From: Epithemia pelagica
Lineage: Eukaryota > Protista > Bacillariophyta
Assembly: GCA_946965045.2 (NCBI GenBank)
Contig: OX337231.1
Location: 1,674,001-1,738,000, forward strand
DNA: 64,000 nucleotides
Direction of reading: 5' to 3'
Position 1 is the stretch's first letter; every line of letters begins with the position of its first letter. The notes beneath the pieces were generated by a model. It saw nothing but the letters and a program-made list of their open reading frames with translations, was not told the DNA's origin and made no database searches. Of the stretch, positions 58,374 through 64,000 are shown piece after piece. The translations under genes were made by a program, and so were the position numbers.

Positions 58374-61300
58374 TCAAGCTGTGTTCTGTTGTTGCATTCG
58401 GAGGATCTCCATTTGGAATCTGTGCTCTTCAACACAGGTGCGGGTCATCCCAGAACGAATCTTGTTATCGTTGCATAGTCCAATACCTTTGAGGGTCTTG
58501 GTCTCGTCCGTTCCCAGTACCTTGCGGGTCTTCGTTTTTGCAAGACAAGCAGGATGTCCGCAAAGTGCTCTCGTCTTCATGCGACAGATGACGCATCGAC
58601 GTGCGCTTGGACGTATCTTGCCATCCGCATCCTGGACTCGTTCGGGATTTGGGATGGGCTTGTGAGAAAAGACTCCAGATGGTGGAACTCCAGAGTCGCA
58701 AGGAATACACGCCGTGGCATCATCATCCTGAACCGTCAATGACTCCGTTGGGGAAACGATGGGGTGCTGTGTGGATTGTAAATCAACAACTGAAATCGGA
58801 GGACATCGGCTCAAGCCAGGAGCACTAGCAGTTGAGGCCCCAAACTGAGCCATAAACGCCTCCTCCAGCATCTGCTTTGCGAATTGTGTGGCCTGTTCTG
58901 TCAGCGACCTTTGCTGAAGTCCAGCAGTACCATCCTCAGCTTCAACGACATTTGAAGCAATATTAGGTTGGGCCTGACCTCGACGGTCAAGGTTGTTGTT
59001 TAACTGGTTGTGGGAAAGATCCCATGCCAAACAATCTGCAAAATACTCCACTCCCGACGAGACTGGAGACTGCCTGCCACCCAAATGGTACTTGGTCGCC
59101 AAAAAACAATCAACCACCGTGATACCGATTATCGTGGTGATAAGCCTAAACCATGGGTTTGGCGTTTTCCACAGTATTTCAAGCCGCAACACACCCTGTC
59201 GAAGGTGATTGTGGACATCAATGAGATTGGCCGCTCCAAAATAGACAGACAAACATTTCGGCCGTAGGACGCGGCGCTCTCTGACTTTGCCATGTTCATC
59301 AGCGAACCTGGCCACGTAGGGGAGGCCAGGCTCCGTAGTCTCCGCATCTCTTGACATGGCGAAAAAGAGAGTCTTGCGTGAATTGTATTTGTATGCGATG
59401 GCAACCAGGTTGACGTTGGTACCTGGTGCCACGCTCTCCATCACAAGATACGATCCCGATGGAAAGGGTTCCATCTCCTTTTTCAATTCTTCTTGGGGGA
59501 ACAAGCCATTGTTGGTTTTGATGGAACAAATGACTTCGGGCGCATCCTGGTTGTTCCCCCGCACTTTGTCTACACACAGAGTGTAGGTCCGACGATCACG
59601 AGCTGTCGGCTCTCGTGGTTCACGGTACATGCACTTCATGGCTTCGACAAGCTTGACGCTGCCAAACCAAGAATCTGCACATACAAGGGGCCTTGTGCTT
59701 CCTTGGCTCTGAGCTTCAATACGCTCAAGCACTGACTGGCCAGAATATTCCGAGCCTTCCACCAATCGAAGCGACGTTCCTACCGTCATGCCTCCATCTG
59801 CCATAAACTTCTTGCGCCGCATTGGGATCTTCCCTTCCTGTATCTCAAGGAAGAGAAGACAACCTGTTGCTGTGTCACCAGAAACCTTTTTGAACAAAAC
59901 AAACGACAATCAAACGGATGAGTTGGTCACCTGCAAAGGCAGTCAGTTCGGAAAAGCAAACATTACCTTGAACTCCGTCCCCAATGGTTTGGGTTTGCGT
60001 TGGACGTAAGACAAATGGGGGAGTGTTGATGTCTTCGTTGTCCGTGGTTGGAACGCGCACATTGCCTCATCCAACGTAATTGTTGATGAGGCGGCAACTG
60101 TTTTCCGACGGTTGCTGTTGAAACCGTCAACCAGCGGTTTGATCTGGTTCCATTTCGCACCGTGGTTGTCCCCTTCAAAGGCACAGGGAAGAATCTCCTT
60201 GATGTCGAAGAACCGAGTCTTCGACATGAGATCCATGCCACCTTTGCTGGCATTCACTTTCGGAGAAAACTGACGATGTGAAGTTGACGACGTATCATCG
60301 AAGAGCCGAATACCACCTTTGTGGCAGGGTGCCGCTCCGATAAGAATGCCCCACCATGCCCACCACTCATGCTCTGTGACGCAACGGATATGGCGGCTTT
60401 GGACTCTGCCCTGATTGCGTTTGTTGATTGCTTCATTCAACCTATGCAGCTGCTCTCGCCAACTCCCTGTAAGACAAACATGCCATTAATACTGAGACCC
60501 TTTTCACTGTGACACCAACAGGAAACTCGACAATCAACGACTTACCTGGCCACATGTGGATCAGCAGACGCAGGAATGGAAAGTCATAGCGTTGGTTTGT
60601 TGTAGACAAGTTGCTGTGAGCAAATGACTGGCGAAAGTCAAAGCCAACAACACCAACACTCTCGAATTCTTCAACAAGGTTGTCGGGTACTGTATCGCCA
60701 TCAACAATTTGCCAAGTGAAACTCCGATTGTCATAAATCTTGCGCAGGTCATTCCGGCCTGTAAGCGCTAGTGTCTCTTCCTCGTCTCCGTCGAAGAGCA
60801 CATTCCACAAAGGAGTGCCAGGGATACTATCCGGATGCTTTTCAACCACAATTCCGAAACGTGGATTGTTCCTTTTGTTCTCCCGGACTCTGTCGCCAAT
60901 ATCAATACCATTTTCGCTGGGTGGCTCGAGGGTCACTGTCCAGTTTTCTTCTATCAGTTGTTTCTTTCTGTTTATATAGTTTGTATACCTGTTCCTGTGC
61001 TCCTCCCTGCTCTCAATTTCGTGTGCGAGTGCCAAACTGTTAGGATCAATGGCATCCTCGTCGTCCGAAAACAAAAACAGATAGTCCTCCAAGTCGTTGA
61101 AGTAGTCATCTAACGACACGGCTGATGCATTATCCTCATCTGTTGTGTGTTGGAAAGTGCGACCAGAAAGGTTCTGGTCATTCCTCGCGACTTCACGTTC
61201 CTGCTGCTCCACTGCTGGTGGACCAGCAATTCCAACGTCGGAAATCCAACTCCGGTCGTCGTCATTGAGAATTGTCTCGACCACGTTGTGCGCGTCCTCA

Positions 61301-62118
61301 CGAGTACGAACGACAGGGACGGTATCACCACCACGCTGACCGTCACCACCTGCATCCCCATCCATGACTTGGGTGGGTTCACTCCTGGTGTTGCTCGAAG
61401 TGTTGTTTGTGTGTGTCGTGTGTTCTCGTTGTTCGGCGCTCGGGCGTGCCATTGCACTGTCCTGCCCGTTGTTGTTGTTGTTGTTCTGCTCATCTTCATC
61501 CTGAGCCTGTTCACGGTTGCTCAATGCCACAACTTCAAATCCCTCGTCATCATCTCTTGTATTCTCGGCCGTCATGGCAATGTGTTCTTGTTGTTGTGTT
61601 CTTTGATGTTGCTGGTTGTGGTTCTCATTCCGCTGCTGCTGCTGACTACCACCCTGACGAGCAACAAGAACTTCAATACCTGTCTGATTCTCCCCTCCTT
61701 CTTGTTGAGGACCCTCGTTGTTGGCTGCACCAGATGATGCAAAGCTGTTAACAACAACCAAAGCCTCCTCCTCATTTGACGAGCCTTCTTGCTGTTGTTC
61801 TTGCCGTTGCTGTTGGTTGGAAGCAGCAGTGGTGGTAGTTGCTGTTGATGTTGGTGCTGTTGTTGCAGTTGTTCTTGCCACTGTCTGCTGCACTCGGTAT
61901 TCCCCAGGAAAGCTATCGCCTCGTTGTATCTTCTTCAGCTGATAAGAGGTCTTGTTCATCAGCTCACCTGTTCTACTGCCATCCCTCTTGTCAAGCCGCT
62001 CAACTTCCCATGACTTGTTCGCAAGGGCTCGGACAATTATCACAGGTTCCTTGCTGCCTCTGAGAAATGCCCTGGACCCAGGACCCAACCGACCTGTTGT
62101 TCCAACACCTGCTGGCAT
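58374..62118 (-). CDS. piggyBac-family (DDE_Tnp_1_7-like) transposase, ~1194 aa; exons 62118-60546, 60466-59967, 59885-58374
   Basis: Catalytic triad candidates ITLDEAM, CADSWFGSV and LIDVHNHLRQG; RKPKPLGTEFK motif; C-terminal Cys-rich domain. Two GT-AG introns (phase 1 and 0) join three ORF-track ORFs in frame (3585 nt). Confidence 0.9.
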
Positions 62119-62552
62119 TTTCTTTCAGTGTCCTCGTGCTTGTTGTTGTTGTTGTTGTCGTCGTCGTCACCTGCACCTCGTTGTCCTTGTGCTCAAGAAA
62201 TTGACACTTTTGGTAATGATCCTCATTACCAAAAGGTTCGATCTCATGAGCACATGCTCTTCATGATGAATAATCCCGATGGGGACTGTTCAAATGGAGG
62301 GAAAAACATGTAACTTGCCATTGTGTGGTCGTCTGTCGTCAGTTGATTGTCACAATCTTTTCTACAAAAATTCCCCCCTGGTCCCCCATGGAGTTCCGAT
62401 TGGTTCCGAATCAGCGCGGGTCCAGAGGAGTCCGGGACACGTTGAGAAAGCCGACCATGGCACAAAAAATGGCGCGAAAGTACTGCTTCGGATGCAGGTA
62501 ACATCACGACGTCCTATCATCGTCATAGGACTGTCATAGGACCTGCCGAAGC

Positions 62553-62819
62553 AATGTGCCCACTATGTCCCCACATGTGCCCACATGTGCCCACATGTCA
62601 AAAATCGAGCACAACCCTCCAATGGAGATGCTCCTATGACCTAGATATGTCATATATGGGTGTCATGTGGTATCCAATGGTGACAGAGGATGTCTTGAAG
62701 AAAAAGTTTGGGCATCCACATGTTGCCGTAGGCCTAATATTGATCATGTTCTATCTAGTTGAAAATATGTGCCCAACGGCCCATTTTGGCGTGTAATGGG
62801 CACACGGCTAGAGGAGGCA
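62553..62819 (-). repeat. Right TIR/subterminal region with 10-bp CCACATGTGC tandem units
   Basis: Inverted relative to 54421-54667; atgtgcccactatgtccccacatgtgcccacatgtgcccacatgt at 62553-62597. Confidence 0.85.
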
Positions 62820-62859
62820 CTAGGACTACTCAATACTGAACTCAGCCGTCCTAGTCCTA

Positions 62860-63770
62860 CAAGCTGAGTTCAGACAGAATGTTCCTGTCGTAGCGCTCCA
62901 GTAGTAAGACTACTTCACGGTGATTCATTCCTTTAGAGGAGGGTCGCCCGGCGCGGAGGGTAGAATGACGAGAAGGGCGTATGTTCGAGGAGGGCGCATG
63001 CCCGACAAGACATATGCCCGTCGAGTCATTCTACCGACAAGCCGGGCGCCCGACGAGGAAGGAATGAGAAATCACAGGGGAGTAATCTGCTTACTTTATA
63101 TCTAGATATATAGGTAGTGACTACCGCCCGGTTCTATTATGAGATGGGATGTCGCAGGGACATAATGTTCCTTCTATGATGTCGCGCGATTCGCACGATC
63201 ACTACTTCCCGGCTCTACAAAAAAATTCTACTGTAAAATAAAAATGTGAGACGAACTACCTGCATAGCTAGGTATATAGTTAGGAAATCTACGTAATACG
63301 CGCCAGCCATCTTTGTTAATATAGCCCTTATAATTATGCCTCTGTTGTGCAAAGTGCTTCCGAAACTCGACAATCTCGCGTTCCCCCCTTCGTTTTGTGC
63401 GAGACTATCGTGCGTGGGGTGCGTCCGATGATCATGTTATTGTGGATGATGCTGATGCGTTGAACTGTTGCCCCATTGGTGATGGTCCAACAACACCCTA
63501 AGGGAGCTGGATGCAGCTCGGCAACAGTTCAACAGGTCGGGACGGCCCTCCACCATGGTCAACACACTCGACTGTTTTTTCGTTATTTTTGACGAAATCC
63601 TAGCGTTCGGAAGAAATCACACATAACACTAAAGTTAATAAAATATTTATTTCAGCCACTAGGAAGTCGCTAGTCGGACACTAATAACGCAGAACGCTTT
63701 CCAGGATTACTCCTCTGGTACAAATTCTACAGGAGTCTACGACAGGAACACACTCCCTGAACTCAGCTTG
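62860..63770. mobile_element. Non-autonomous Tc1/mariner-like TIR element (~911 bp, TA flanks)
   Basis: TA|CAAGCTGAGTTCAG..TGTTCCTGTCGTAG at the left end and its reverse complement ending CTTG|TA at the right; 30 of the first 34 nt match. No long ORF. Confidence 0.75.
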
Positions 63771-64000
63771 TACCGCCTTGGCGGTTCAATTAGGGAAGAG
63801 AAGCGACGAGCTAGCTAGAGGTGAGCAGAACATAGACTCGTCAGATAGCATGGACTTCTGATTGCGCGCGCCTGCCAGACTTCTAGCGGTTGAACAGACG
63901 GTTGTTCTGAGCACCCGCCAAGCTCAAAGTGCTTCCATTTCAAATTCGACCATCATTCAGGTCGTGCGAATGATTGCGGGGAGCACTCCGACGAGAACTC

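Larger units (their letters stand above)
54421..62819 (-). mobile_element. piggyBac-like DNA transposon, 8399 bp, long imperfect TIRs, CTAG flanks
   Basis: 54421-54667 is an imperfect inverted copy of 62553-62819. Both ends begin TGCCT with GTGTGCCCATTAC exactly 14 nt in, and both are flanked by CTAG (54417-54420, 62820-62823). Encodes a DDD transposase. Confidence 0.85.

Noticed and set aside
54383-62860. Canonical TTAA-flanked piggyBac boundaries; TTAATTAA inside the duplicated cassette (~55448, ~57427)
   Set aside because: No TTAA at the inverted-repeat termini, and the internal TTAA sites are not bordered by TIR-like ends.
1-64000. tRNA, rRNA, CRISPR arrays, telomeric repeats
   Set aside because: No full cloverleaf, rRNA-like tract, repeat-spacer array or telomere run was seen. 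The only tRNA-like text is the 14-nt PBS.
1-64000. Numerous 60-130 aa ORFs antisense to or overlapping the called genes
   Set aside because: Explained as shadow frames of real CDSs.

Overview
Gene-dense eukaryotic DNA, most likely a diatom. The evidence is short GT-AG introns, a bipartite plastid-targeting peptide, and CoDi-type Ty1/copia elements. 1-4.1 kb: a decayed CoDi copia relic and a Penelope-like relic. 4672-12390: an intact, recent 7.7-kb copia element with identical 523-bp LTRs, inserted just upstream of an HSF gene. It has a 4-bp TSD, one non-canonical LTR end, and a PBS that reads as the anticodon arm of tRNA-Asn (half-tRNA priming). 12.6-49.3 kb: housekeeping genes, namely HSF, fibrillarin, NTF2, HMG-box, sirtuin, VKOR, Sua5-like, VAP, truncated RWD, NOP58, CAP, DIS3L2, RPF2, MsrB-like, ARP4-like, ARM-repeat, UTP7, GT32 and RluA-type synthase. 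49.5-54 kb: MsrB and Kelch pseudogenes. 54421-62819: an 8.4-kb piggyBac-like element with ~250-bp imperfect TIRs, CTAG rather than TTAA flanks, and an intact 3-exon transposase. It also carries two accessory ORFs, a captured glycerol-kinase fragment, and an internal duplication that created a stand-alone gene for only the transposase C-terminal Cys-rich domain (candidate self-regulator). A TA-flanked mariner-like MITE follows. All calls are by eye from the sequence and ORF track; no database searches were run.
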